Below, piece after piece: positions 26,576 to 36,010 of a stretch of 64,000 bases of DNA. The stretch is taken from positions 3,659 through 67,658 of the forward strand of contig DATBLP010000073.1 of assembly GCA_036555245.1 (NCBI GenBank), given 5' to 3'. The position numbers were made by a program, and so were the translations under genes. The stretch's first letter is position 1, and each line of letters starts with the position of its first letter. The stretch comes from Burkholderiales bacterium (GTDB lineage: Bacteria; Pseudomonadota; Gammaproteobacteria; Burkholderiales; SG8-39). The notes under the pieces are model-generated. The model did not search any database, was not told the DNA's origin, and saw only the letters and a program-made list of their open reading frames with translations.

Positions 26576-27910
26576 ATGCGCTTGAAGAAGGTGGTATTCG
26601 GCGCGGCGCTCGCAGGCTTGGCCGGGGTTTCGGTCCCGGCTTCGAACGCCGTTGCGCAAGACACCCTGTTCGTGCCGCTGTTCACCTATCGCACGGGCCC
26701 TTTCGCCAATTCGGGGATTCCGATCGCGAACGGCATGCACGATTACTTCAATATGCTCAACGCCCGCGACGGCGGCATTGGCGGGGTGAAAGTCGTTGTC
26801 CAGGAATGCGAAACGGGATACAAGAACGAGAAGGGCGTCGAATGCTACGACTCGGTCAAGAGCAAGAATCCGCTCGTCATCAGCCCGTATTCGACCGGCA
26901 TCACGCTCGCGCTCATCCCGAAGGCGTCGGTGGACCGCATTCCGATCCTGTCGATGGCCTACGGCCTGTCGGCGTCCGCGGTCGGGTCGGACTTCCCATG
27001 GATCTTCAATCCGCCCTCGACCTACTGGGACGGGATGTCGATCGTTCTGCAGTACATCGCGAAGAAGGAGGGCGGATTCGACAAGCTCAGGGGCAAGACG
27101 ATCGGCTACATCTATTTTGACGGCGGCTACGGCCTCGAGCCAATCCCGCTGCTCGACCGGTTCGCCACGGACTACGGCTTCTCGGTCAAGAAGTATCCGG
27201 TGCCGCCTGCGCAAATGCAGAACCAGTCGGGGCTGTGGCTCAGTGTGCGCCGCGACCGGCCGGACTGGATGGTCATGTGGGGCTGGGGCGCGATGAACCC
27301 CACCGCAGTGCAGGAGGCGGCCAAGACCGGCTACCCGATGGACCGCTTTATCGGGATATGGTGGTCCGGTAGCGACGACGACGCGCGGCCCGCGGGCGCC
27401 GGCGCGAAGGGCTACCTGTCGCTCAACATCAACGCAGTAGGCGCCGGCTACCCGGCGATCAGGGATATCGTCAAGAACGTGATCGACAAGGGCAATAGCC
27501 AGACGCCGAAAAACCAGGTGGGTGAAAATTTCTACAACCGCGGTGTCATGAACTCGGTCATCATCGCCGAGGCCATCCGGCATGCGCAGAAGATTACCGG
27601 CAAGAAGGTGATCAGCAGTGCCGACATGCGGCGCGGACTGGAGACCCTGTCGATCTCGGATCAGCGCTGGAGGCAATTGGGCCTGCCCGGATTCGCGGCG
27701 TCGTTCGCCGTGACCTGCCAGGACCATAACGGCCATCACGCCGCCTACGTGCAGCAATGGGACGGGCATAAGTGGGTCAAGATATCGGACTGGATCCCAC
27801 CCATGAAAGAGAAGGTGCTGCCGCTCGTCTACGAGGCCGCCAACGGCTACGTGACCAAGAACCAGCCCTGGCCGAAGCGCACCGAGGCATGCGACGACAA
27901 GACCTTGTGA
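26576..27910 (+). CDS. Liv-type ABC transporter substrate-binding protein
   Basis: Strong RBS AAGGAGG, signal peptide, YRTGPFA, DGGIGGV, CETGY periplasmic binding fold. Confidence 0.9.
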   Translation: MRLKKVVFGAALAGLAGVSVPASNAVAQDTLFVPLFTYRTGPFANSGIPIANGMHDYFNMLNARDGGIGGVKVVVQECETGYKNEKGVECYDSVKSKNPLVISPYSTGITLALIPKASVDRIPILSMAYGLSASAVGSDFPWIFNPPSTYWDGMSIVLQYIAKKEGGFDKLRGKTIGYIYFDGGYGLEPIPLLDRFATDYGFSVKKYPVPPAQMQNQSGLWLSVRRDRPDWMVMWGWGAMNPTAVQEAAKTGYPMDRFIGIWWSGSDDDARPAGAGAKGYLSLNINAVGAGYPAIRDIVKNVIDKGNSQTPKNQVGENFYNRGVMNSVIIAEAIRHAQKITGKKVISSADMRRGLETLSISDQRWRQLGLPGFAASFAVTCQDHNGHHAAYVQQWDGHKWVKISDWIPPMKEKVLPLVYEAANGYVTKNQPWPKRTEACDDKTL

Positions 27911-27925
27911 GCTAGGCGACTCTGC

Positions 27926-27953
27926 CTCCCGCGTCGGCCGTCCGGCGCGGGAG
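27926..27953 (+). terminator. Intra-operon hairpin after the binding-protein gene
   Basis: 12-bp stem CTCCCGCGTCGG/CCGGCGCGGGAG with one G-U pair and no U-tract; more likely a stabiliser. Confidence 0.45.
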
Positions 27954-27973
27954 ACGCCATCCCGGAGCGAGCA

Positions 27974-28825
27974 GTGAGCGCGCCAGCATCGGCCGGCTCG
28001 CGGCCCTCGCGCGCAGCCGCGAGCGAGACGATTCTCACTGTCAATAACATCGAGGTCGTCTACGATCACGTCATCCTCGTGCTCAAGGGCGTCTCGCTCG
28101 GCGTTCCGCGCGGCGCGATCGTCGCGCTGCTCGGGGCCAACGGCGCGGGGAAGACGACGACGCTCAAGGCGATTTCCAACCTGCTGCGCTCCGAGCGCGG
28201 CGAGGTCACCAAGGGCTCGATCATCTTCGACGGCGCCGAAGTGCAGGAACTGTCGCCGAACGAGCTCGTGCGCCGCGGCTGCACGCAGGTGATGGAAGGC
28301 CGTCATTGCTTCGGCCATCTCACCGTGGAGGAGAACCTGCTCACCGGCGCCTTCACGCGTCGCGACGGCAAGGCGGCGATCATGCGCGATCTGGAACTCG
28401 TCTATACGTATTTTCTCCGGCTCAAAGAACGGCGCAACGCGCTCGCCGGCTACACCTCCGGCGGCGAACAGCAGATGACAGCGCTCGGGCGCGCGCTGAT
28501 GGCCCGCCCGAGCATGATCCTGCTCGACGAGCCCTCGATGGGACTCGCACCTCAGATCGTCGAGGAGATTTTCCAGATCGTGAAGGACCTGAACGAGAAG
28601 GAAGGAGTGAGCTTCCTCCTCGCGGAGCAGAACACCAACGTGGCTCTGCGCTACGCCGACCACGGCTACATTCTCGAGAGCGGGCGTGTAGTGATGGACG
28701 GGGCCGCGGCGGAGCTTGCGACCAACGAGGACGTCAAGGAGTTTTACCTCGGGATTTCATCGGGACGGCGCAGGAGTTTCAAGGACGTGAAGCACTACCG
28801 CCGCAGAAAACGCTGGCTCGCCTGA
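27974..28825 (+). CDS. Liv-type ABC transporter ATP-binding protein (LivF-like)
   Basis: GANGAGKTT, SGGEQQM, LLDEPSMGLAP, AEQN; start uncertain. Confidence 0.92.
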   Translation: MSAPASAGSRPSRAAASETILTVNNIEVVYDHVILVLKGVSLGVPRGAIVALLGANGAGKTTTLKAISNLLRSERGEVTKGSIIFDGAEVQELSPNELVRRGCTQVMEGRHCFGHLTVEENLLTGAFTRRDGKAAIMRDLELVYTYFLRLKERRNALAGYTSGGEQQMTALGRALMARPSMILLDEPSMGLAPQIVEEIFQIVKDLNEKEGVSFLLAEQNTNVALRYADHGYILESGRVVMDGAAAELATNEDVKEFYLGISSGRRRSFKDVKHYRRRKRWLA

Positions 28826-28839
28826 CAGAGAGGTGGCAT

Positions 28840-29802
28840 GTGAGATTCCTGTCCGCTTTGTTGTTGATGCTCGCCGCGAGTTCCCTGGCATCGGCCCAGG
28901 GTTATCCCGCCAGGCCGATACGCCTGATCGTCGGCTTCGCACCGGGCGGCGCGGCCGACATCATTGCCCGGACACTGAGCGATCCTCTCTCACGCGCCCT
29001 CGGGCAGGGGATCATCGTTCATAACATGCCGGGCGCCGGCTCGAGCATCGCGGTGGAATTCGTCGCCCGGTCCGCGCCGGACGGCTACACGATCCTGATC
29101 GCAAGCCAGAGCGGAATGATCATCAACCCGCTCGTCAACAAGAACGTCGCGTACAGCGCCGAGCGCGACTTCGCGGCCATCACACAGGTTACGAGCTCGC
29201 CGCTCGTCGCGGCTGTGAATCCGGCGCTGCCGGTGAATTCGATCGCCGAGCTCATCGCGGCAGCGAAGAAAGCGCCGGGCAAGCTCAATTTCTCCTCCTC
29301 CGGCAACGGCTCGCTCCCGCACCTTGCCGCGGTGCTGTTCGATACCCTGGCGGGCGTCGATATGGTTCACGTGCCGTACAAGAGCGGCGGGCAGTCGGTG
29401 CAGTCCGTGCTCGCGGGAGATACGCAGGTGACGTTCGCCACGGCGCCGTCGGTGATGCCGCTTGTCCAGAGCGGAAGGCTGCGCGGGCTCGCGGTGACGA
29501 CCCGCGCCCGCTCGCGCCTGGTTGCCGGGCTTCCCGGGATGGAGGAGGCCGGCCTCCCTGGCTACGACATCTCGATCTGGTACGGATTTTTTGCGCCCGC
29601 AGGAACGCCTCGCGAGATCGTCACGCGGCTGTTCGATGCGACGATCGTGGCGTTGCAGAACCCCAAGTTGAAAGAAGTGCTCGCCCACGACGGCACGGAA
29701 ACCTCGCCGTCGCGTTCCCCCGCGGAATTCGCCGCGTTCCTGGGCGGGGAAGGCAAGGCCATGGCGCGCGTCATCCGCCAATCCGGAATCAAGATCGAGT
29801 GA
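28840..29802 (+). CDS. Bug/TctC tripartite tricarboxylate transporter substrate-binding protein
   Basis: Signal peptide, YPARPIRLIVGFAPGGAADIIAR, NMPGAG, PDGYT, HVPYK, WYGFFAPAGTP. Confidence 0.92.
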   Translation: MRFLSALLLMLAASSLASAQGYPARPIRLIVGFAPGGAADIIARTLSDPLSRALGQGIIVHNMPGAGSSIAVEFVARSAPDGYTILIASQSGMIINPLVNKNVAYSAERDFAAITQVTSSPLVAAVNPALPVNSIAELIAAAKKAPGKLNFSSSGNGSLPHLAAVLFDTLAGVDMVHVPYKSGGQSVQSVLAGDTQVTFATAPSVMPLVQSGRLRGLAVTTRARSRLVAGLPGMEEAGLPGYDISIWYGFFAPAGTPREIVTRLFDATIVALQNPKLKEVLAHDGTETSPSRSPAEFAAFLGGEGKAMARVIRQSGIKIE

Positions 29803-29887
29803 ATTCGGCGGTCCGGCCCGTCGAATTCAGGCCGGCAGCATGCTCCTGGATCTCGTCGCCGATTTTGGGCAGGCCCGCGCAGAAACG

Positions 29888-31123
29888 ATGACCGAATACC
29901 ACGACTCTCTTGAAACCCGCAGCCGCGAGGAGCGCGAGCGGGCGCTCCTCGCGGCGCTTCCCGCGCAGATCGCGCGTGCGAAGCGCGGTGCGCCCGGGTG
30001 GGCGCGGATTCTGGCCGGGGTCGATCCCGCTGCCGTCACCAGCCGCGTCGCGCTCGCCAGCCTTCCGGTGACTCGCAAGTCGGATCTCGCCGCCCTGCAG
30101 AAGCGCGAACCCCCGCTCGGCGGACTGAACGTGACGCCGGTGCGCGAGCTCGGGAAGATCTTCGTCTCGCCCGGCCCCATCCACGACCCCGAGGGGCGGG
30201 GCTCCGACTGGTGGCGCACATCGCGCGCGCTGTTCGCTGCCGGATTCCGCGCGGGCGACGTCGCGGTCAATACGTTCGCCTATCACTTCACGCCCGCGGG
30301 ATCGATGCTCGAATCGGGCGCGCTGGCGCTCGGATGCACGGTGGTGCCGACGGGGACCGGCCAGACCGAAATGCAGGTCGCGACGATCGCCGGCCTGCGC
30401 GCGAACGCGTACATCGGCACGCCCTCGTTCCTGAAGCTGATCGCCGAAAAGGCCGACGAGATGAAGATCGATATCGGCTGCCTGAAGAAGGCCGCGGTCG
30501 GCGCGGAGTTCCTGCCGCCCGCGCTGCGGGCCGCCATGGCCGAGCGCGGCATCCGCGTGCTGCAGTCGTATGCCTCGGCGGATCTCGGCCTTATCGCCTA
30601 CGAGTCCGACGCGCTCGAGGGTATGATCCTCGACGAGGGCCTGATCCTCGAGATCGTGCGCCCCGGTACCGGCGATCCGCTGCCCGAGGGCGAGGTGGGC
30701 GAGATCGTGATCACGACATTCAATCCGGACTACCCGCTGATCCGCTTCGGCACGGGCGACCTTTCGGCGGTGCTGCCGGGGACGAGCCCCTGCGGCCGGA
30801 CCAACACCCGCATTCGCGGCTGGATGGGACGCGCCGACCAGACCACCAAGGTGAAAGGAATGTTCGTCCATCCTTCACAGGTGGCCGAGGTCGTAAAGCG
30901 TCACACCGAGATTCTGAAAGCCAGGCTCGTGGTCGATAATCCCGGTGGGATCGACCGCATGACGCTGCGCTGTGAGGTGCGGGTCGCAAGTGCCGGTCTC
31001 GCCGGTCAAATAGCCGACAGCGTTCGCAGCATCACCAACCTCCGCGGGGAAGTGGCGTTCGCGAAGCCGGGCGAGCTGCCGAACGATGGCAAGGTCATCG
31101 AGGACGCGAAAAAATATGGCTAG
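29888..31123 (+). CDS. Phenylacetate-CoA ligase family protein
   Basis: SPGPIHDP, YASADLG, YPLIRFGTGD, GRADQTTKVKGMFVHP. Confidence 0.88.
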   Translation: MTEYHDSLETRSREERERALLAALPAQIARAKRGAPGWARILAGVDPAAVTSRVALASLPVTRKSDLAALQKREPPLGGLNVTPVRELGKIFVSPGPIHDPEGRGSDWWRTSRALFAAGFRAGDVAVNTFAYHFTPAGSMLESGALALGCTVVPTGTGQTEMQVATIAGLRANAYIGTPSFLKLIAEKADEMKIDIGCLKKAAVGAEFLPPALRAAMAERGIRVLQSYASADLGLIAYESDALEGMILDEGLILEIVRPGTGDPLPEGEVGEIVITTFNPDYPLIRFGTGDLSAVLPGTSPCGRTNTRIRGWMGRADQTTKVKGMFVHPSQVAEVVKRHTEILKARLVVDNPGGIDRMTLRCEVRVASAGLAGQIADSVRSITNLRGEVAFAKPGELPNDGKVIEDAKKYG

Positions 31124-31931
31124 TCCTTCTTTCGCCAGGGCCTGTTTCTCTTTCCTCTGGCTCGCGGCGCTGCTCGTTCCCCTTGGCGTCGGCGCGGAAG
31201 AGATCGTCACGGTCTCGGGCCGGCCGGGCGCGACGCAATCCTACTTGCTGCTGCACTACGCCTCCCCGCCGCCGCAAGCCGTGGCGGTGCTCTTTCCCGG
31301 CGGCGAAGGGTTGATGCGGCTCCGGGTCGAAGGCGGTTCGGTGAGATTCGGCGCTGGAAAGAATTTTCTGGTGCGCACCCGCACGCTTCTGCGCGACAGA
31401 GAGGTGGCCGTCGCCGTGATTGATTCGCCTTCGGATCGGCAGCGGCTGGGAATGGACGACGGATTTCGCGCCGGCGGCGCACACGTCGACGATATTGCGG
31501 CGGTTGTCAAGGATCTGAGGAACCGGTTTCCGCGAGCAAAGGTCTTTCTCATCGGCACGAGCCGCGGCACCATATCCGCGGCTCATCTCGGCCGCTCGCT
31601 CGGCAACGCCGTGGACGGCGTGATCCTCACCTCAACGGTCTTCCACGGCGACAGGCACGGCAACGGGCTGTCGGGTTTCGATTTCGGCGCGATCAAGGCG
31701 CCGCTCCTCTTTGTCCACCACGAGCACGATGGATGCCGGCCGTGCCCGTACAATGCCGCCGAAAGCCAAGGCCGGCGATTCGCGCTCGTTACCGTAAAAG
31801 GGGGCAAGCCGGCAGAATCGGATCCGTGCGAGGCGCTCTCCGCGCACGGCTATTTCGGCAGGGAAGCCCAGACCGTGAAGGCCATGAAAGAGTGGATGCT
31901 CGGACGGGCCTTTCCGAGGACGGTCGAATAG
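31116..31931 (+). CDS. Exported alpha/beta hydrolase
   Basis: Signal peptide, LFPGG, nucleophile elbow GTSRG, PLLFVHHEHD, SAHG. Confidence 0.75.
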   Translation: MASPSFARACFSFLWLAALLVPLGVGAEEIVTVSGRPGATQSYLLLHYASPPPQAVAVLFPGGEGLMRLRVEGGSVRFGAGKNFLVRTRTLLRDREVAVAVIDSPSDRQRLGMDDGFRAGGAHVDDIAAVVKDLRNRFPRAKVFLIGTSRGTISAAHLGRSLGNAVDGVILTSTVFHGDRHGNGLSGFDFGAIKAPLLFVHHEHDGCRPCPYNAAESQGRRFALVTVKGGKPAESDPCEALSAHGYFGREAQTVKAMKEWMLGRAFPRTVE

Positions 31932-31932
31932 C

Positions 31933-33096
31933 TTGCGTGCGAAACCGCTTTCCGGCATCCGCGTACTCGACCTGACGCGCCTGCTTCCCGGCCCGATGGC
32001 GACGCTGCATCTTGCCGACATGGGCGCGGATGTCGTGAAGATCGAGGATACTGGCGCGGGCGATTACGCGCGAGAAATGGGCCGCATGCGCGAAGGCATG
32101 TCGGATTTCTTTCGCCTCGTCAACCGCAACAAGCGTGCGATGCGGCTCGACCTGAGGAACCCGCGGGGCCGCGAGGTGTTCCTGCGGCTCGCCGGAAACG
32201 CGGACGTCCTCGTCGAAGGATTCCGTCCGGGGGTGATGGCCAAGCTCGGACTGGGTTACGAAACCATCGCCGCAGCCCATCCGCGCATTGTCTATTGCTC
32301 GATTTCCGGCTACGGGCAGGACGGACCCTATGCCGGGCGCGCCGGGCATGACATCAACTACGTCGGCTACGCCGGGGTCGGGGATCAGATCGGGACCGGG
32401 AGCGCTCCGGTCGTGCCGAACTTCCAGATCGCCGACTTGCTGGGCGGGGCGCTCGCGCCAGCAATGGGAATCCTTGCCGCACTCGTCGACGCCCGATCTT
32501 CGGGACGCGGGCGGCATGTCGACGTCGCCATGACCGACGCCGTGCTCGCGCACGCGATCTTTCCCCTTCTCGGTTTTCTCGAGAAGGGCAAGGCGCCGGC
32601 CCGCGGTACGGGCATGCTCGACGGCGGTCTCCCCTGCTACAACGTCTACCCGACGCGGGACGGGCGCTACGTGGCGGTCGGGGCTCTCGAGCGCAAATTC
32701 TGGGAAACGCTCTGCGATATGCTCGGCTGTGAGGACCTGAAAGGAAAGCATCTCGTCTACGGCGAGCAAGCCGCGCCGGTCAAGAAGCGTCTCGCCACGA
32801 TCTTCGCAGCGCGCACGCAACGGGAGTGGACGGAGCTCTTCGATCGCGCGGACTGCTGCGTGAGCCCGATCCTGACGATCGAAGAAGCCCTCGCCAACGA
32901 GCAGCTTTGCGCCCGGGGCATGGTTGCCGCCGCTGACGGATCGACGCAGTTGGCGTTTCCCTTGAAGTTCAGCGACTTCGAGTTCGGGATCGAGCGCAGC
33001 GCGCCCGCGCGTGGCGAGCATACCGACGAGATCCTCCGCGAGGCGGGGTATCCCGATTCGGAGATCCGCGCCTTGCATGCCGAAGGAGCCATCTAG
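31933..33096 (+). CDS. CaiB/BaiF family III CoA-transferase / methylacyl-CoA racemase-like
   Basis: LSGIRVLDLTRLLPGP, NRNKR, EGFRPG, GHDINY, ADLLGG. Confidence 0.92.
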   Translation: MRAKPLSGIRVLDLTRLLPGPMATLHLADMGADVVKIEDTGAGDYAREMGRMREGMSDFFRLVNRNKRAMRLDLRNPRGREVFLRLAGNADVLVEGFRPGVMAKLGLGYETIAAAHPRIVYCSISGYGQDGPYAGRAGHDINYVGYAGVGDQIGTGSAPVVPNFQIADLLGGALAPAMGILAALVDARSSGRGRHVDVAMTDAVLAHAIFPLLGFLEKGKAPARGTGMLDGGLPCYNVYPTRDGRYVAVGALERKFWETLCDMLGCEDLKGKHLVYGEQAAPVKKRLATIFAARTQREWTELFDRADCCVSPILTIEEALANEQLCARGMVAAADGSTQLAFPLKFSDFEFGIERSAPARGEHTDEILREAGYPDSEIRALHAEGAI

Positions 33097-33107
33097 GAGA
33101 TCTTGTG

Positions 33108-33971
33108 ATGCACGGGAATCGTGGACACTTGGCGCTCGCTGCGCTTCTTGCACTTCCGGCATCCGCCCTCCCTCAAGGCGCGGACAAGGATCTCGACACG
33201 CCGTACGTGCCGACCCCGGAGATCGTGGTCAAGCGCATGCTCAAGCTCGCGGACGTCAGGGCTGGCGAGACGGTCATCGATCTCGGCTCGGGCGACGGGC
33301 GCCTCGTGATCGCGGCAGCCTTGAAATACGGCGCACGCGGATTCGGCGTGGACCTCGACCCGCGGCTCGTCGAACGCTCGAACGAGGCTGCGCGCCGGGC
33401 CGGGGTCGCCGACCGCGTGAAGTTCCTGCGGCAGGATCTGTTCCAGACCGACTTTCGCGCAGCGGACGTGCTGACGCTCTACCTGCTGCCCGACGTCAAC
33501 ATGGCGCTGCGCCCGAAGATACTTTCCGACCTCAGACCCGGAACGCGCGTGGTGTCGCACGACTTCGGCATGCAGGAATGGCGTCCCGATGCCCAAGAGA
33601 CTGTTCCGGCTCCGGACAAGACCGTTGGATTTCGCAAGGAGAGCGCGGTGTATCTCTGGGTCGTCCCGGCGAGAGTCGAAGGCGACTGGAGCCTGGAGAT
33701 CGTCTCGCGCGACCGGGTCCGCACCATCCCGCTTGCGCTCAGGCAGGAGTTCCAGATGGTGTCAGGCTCGGTAAAGGTTCCCGCAAAGGAGAGCGTTCCG
33801 GTTTCCGACGGCCGGCTGCGCGGTGACGAATTGAGGCTCGCGCTCCCGGGCGGCGTGCTCGGCGACGACCCCGTCTTGCTTGTCGGGCGCGTCGCGGGCG
33901 ACAGCTTGCGCGGCAGCGTCAGGCGCGGAGAGCGCGAGATCGCTACCTGGAGCGCGAGACGGCAGCCGTGA
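33108..33971 (+). CDS. SAM-dependent methyltransferase with signal peptide and C-terminal beta domain
   Basis: PYVPTP, IDLGSGDGR, VLTLYLLP, LRPGTRVVSHDF. Confidence 0.82.
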   Translation: MHGNRGHLALAALLALPASALPQGADKDLDTPYVPTPEIVVKRMLKLADVRAGETVIDLGSGDGRLVIAAALKYGARGFGVDLDPRLVERSNEAARRAGVADRVKFLRQDLFQTDFRAADVLTLYLLPDVNMALRPKILSDLRPGTRVVSHDFGMQEWRPDAQETVPAPDKTVGFRKESAVYLWVVPARVEGDWSLEIVSRDRVRTIPLALRQEFQMVSGSVKVPAKESVPVSDGRLRGDELRLALPGGVLGDDPVLLVGRVAGDSLRGSVRRGEREIATWSARRQP

Positions 33972-33999
33972 TCATTCACGGGGTCCGCGTTCTGCTTGC

Positions 34000-34914
34000 C
34001 TACTGCCCGCTTGCCACCAGCAATCCTTCCCGCTCGCCCGCCGCGCCGGCGCGCCCGAGCTCGCTCACCAGCCATTCCGCCATCGCGGTCGGCGTCATGT
34101 GAAGGTAGCGTGCGTTCAGTTCGGCGAGGATGGGCACGCGCGCGACGTAGCCGGGCAGCTCGGCGAGCGGCATCGAGCGCTTTTCGAGCAGAGCGAAGGA
34201 GAGCATCACCTTCGCGCAGTGGCGCGCAAGCCGCATGATGTCTTCCTCGTATCCTTCCAGGCGGTAGAAGGCGCGTTCGAGCGCGGCGCCGGTCTCGCCG
34301 AAAGGTCGTCCGTGTCCGGGAATGACTGCGTCGATCTGGAGACGCCCGATGCATTCGAGCGTGGCGCGCGTCTCGGCGAGAGCCGTATCGCGGCCGAAAA
34401 GCTGCGGGAACACCACGCCGAAGCCGTTTTCCCACAGCGCGTCGCCCGAGATCAGGATGCGTGACTCGGAAGAGTAGAACATCACGGCGTGCGGATCGTG
34501 CCCGGGCGCGGCGATTACCCGCCATTCGAGCCTGCCCATTTCAAGCGTATCGCCGTCGCGAAACGTGTCGTCGTAGCGGAAACGCTCCGCGCGCTGATCG
34601 GCGATCGAAAGGATCAGCCGTTGTTCGTCCCAGTTGTCGATGAGCGCGGCCTCCCCCTCCGGGATGCTGGTCCGGCAGCCGAACTTCTTCTGGATCGCCG
34701 CATTGCCGCCCATGTGATCGGAGTGGCAGTGGGTGTTGACGAGCCGCGCGAGCTTCTTGCCCGCCAGGGCGCGCTCGATGAGCGCCAGCGTCTGCGGCAC
34801 GTGGGCGCCGTATCCCGAATCGACCACGGTGGCTTCCGTGCCCGCATGGAGCACGATGTTGTTGGCAGAGAGCCAGCCGCGTTCGATCACCTGGATGTTC
34901 TCCGGCAGCTTCAA
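34000..34914 (-). CDS. MBL-fold metallo-hydrolase
   Basis: ERGWLSAN, THCHSDH, PGHD, SGDAL, PGHG. Confidence 0.88.
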   Translation of the reverse strand: MKLPENIQVIERGWLSANNIVLHAGTEATVVDSGYGAHVPQTLALIERALAGKKLARLVNTHCHSDHMGGNAAIQKKFGCRTSIPEGEAALIDNWDEQRLILSIADQRAERFRYDDTFRDGDTLEMGRLEWRVIAAPGHDPHAVMFYSSESRILISGDALWENGFGVVFPQLFGRDTALAETRATLECIGRLQIDAVIPGHGRPFGETGAALERAFYRLEGYEEDIMRLARHCAKVMLSFALLEKRSMPLAELPGYVARVPILAELNARYLHMTPTAMAEWLVSELGRAGAAGEREGLLVASGQ

Positions 34915-35105
34915 GCTGGGGGTTTCCTTGCCGGAAGCCTGGCGAGCACCGCGCGCCTTTCTTCGTCGCTCATGCTCGACCAGGCGGCGATTTCCTCGAG
35001 CGTGCGAAAGCAGCCCTCACACAGAAAGCTTGCCGGATTCATCCGACAAACGTCGATGCACGGTGACGCGACTTCATCCTGCGTCAGGGTGGAGCTCCGG
35101 GTCAT
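34911..35105 (-). CDS. DUF1289 small Cys-rich protein
   Basis: [21 protein letters not shown]. Confidence 0.85.
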   Translation of the reverse strand: MTRSSTLTQDEVASPCIDVCRMNPASFLCEGCFRTLEEIAAWSSMSDEERRAVLARLPARKPPA

Positions 35106-36010
35106 GCGCTGGACTTCGCCGCGAGCGCCCGGGCGACCCTTGACGCCGGCTCGCGTCCGAGCTCCCGGCAGATGAACTGCCCGGCGCGGAACAGCTTCTC
35201 CAGATCGACGCCGGTCTCTATGCCAAGCCCGTCGAGCATGTACACGACGTCCTCGCTGGCAACGTTGCCGGTTGCACCCTTAGCGTAGGGACAGCCGCCC
35301 AGCCCCGCCACCGAGCTGTCGAAAGTCCTCACGCCCAGCTCGAGCGAAGCGTAGATGTTGGCAAGCGCCTGGCCGTAGGTATCGTGATAGTGGCCACCGA
35401 GCTTCGCGATCGGAACGTTCTTCGCCGCCGCTTCGATCATCGCCCGGATTTTTTTCGGCGTGCCGACCCCGATGGTGTCCCCGAGCGAGATCTCGTAGCA
35501 GCCCATCTCGTAGAGCTGCTTTGCCAAATCCGCTACCGCCTTTGGTTTGACTTCGCCTTCGTAAGGGCAGCCCGCGGCGCAGGAAATGTAGCCGCGAACG
35601 CGCATGCCCGTCGCCTTCGCCGCCGCTACGACCGGGGCGAACCGTTCCAGGCTTTCGGCGATGCTGCAGTTGATGTTCTTCCTGCTGAAGGTTTCGGAAG
35701 CCGCGCCGAACACGGCGATCTCCGTCGCTCCCGCCGCGCGCGCTGCCTCGAAGCCCTGCATATTGGGCACGAGCACCGGGAAGGCCACGCCGAATTTCTT
35801 CCTGATTCCAGCCATCACCTCGGCATGGTCGGCCATCTGCGGCACCCATTTCGGCGAGACGAAGGCGGTCGCTTCGACGGCGGGGAGGCCCGCCCCGACG
35901 AGCCGGTGGATGAGCTCGATCTTGATCGCGGGCGGAACGCTCTTTGGTTCGTTCTGCAGGCCGTCGCGCGGGCCCACTTCGACGATCTTGACCTTTCTTG
36001 GAAAACTCAT
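35102..36010 (-). CDS. liuE: Hydroxymethylglutaryl-CoA lyase
   Basis: [34 protein letters not shown]. Confidence 0.95.
   Translation of the reverse strand: MSFPRKVKIVEVGPRDGLQNEPKSVPPAIKIELIHRLVGAGLPAVEATAFVSPKWVPQMADHAEVMAGIRKKFGVAFPVLVPNMQGFEAARAAGATEIAVFGAASETFSRKNINCSIAESLERFAPVVAAAKATGMRVRGYISCAAGCPYEGEVKPKAVADLAKQLYEMGCYEISLGDTIGVGTPKKIRAMIEAAAKNVPIAKLGGHYHDTYGQALANIYASLELGVRTFDSSVAGLGGCPYAKGATGNVASEDVVYMLDGLGIETGVDLEKLFRAGQFICRELGREPASRVARALAAKSSA

Noticed and set aside
25745..28663. 721-aa plus ORF suggesting a fused binding protein, and a 712-aa minus ORF
   Set aside because: The real start is 26576 with a strong RBS and signal peptide; the extension overlaps livM out of frame; the minus ORF is a shadow
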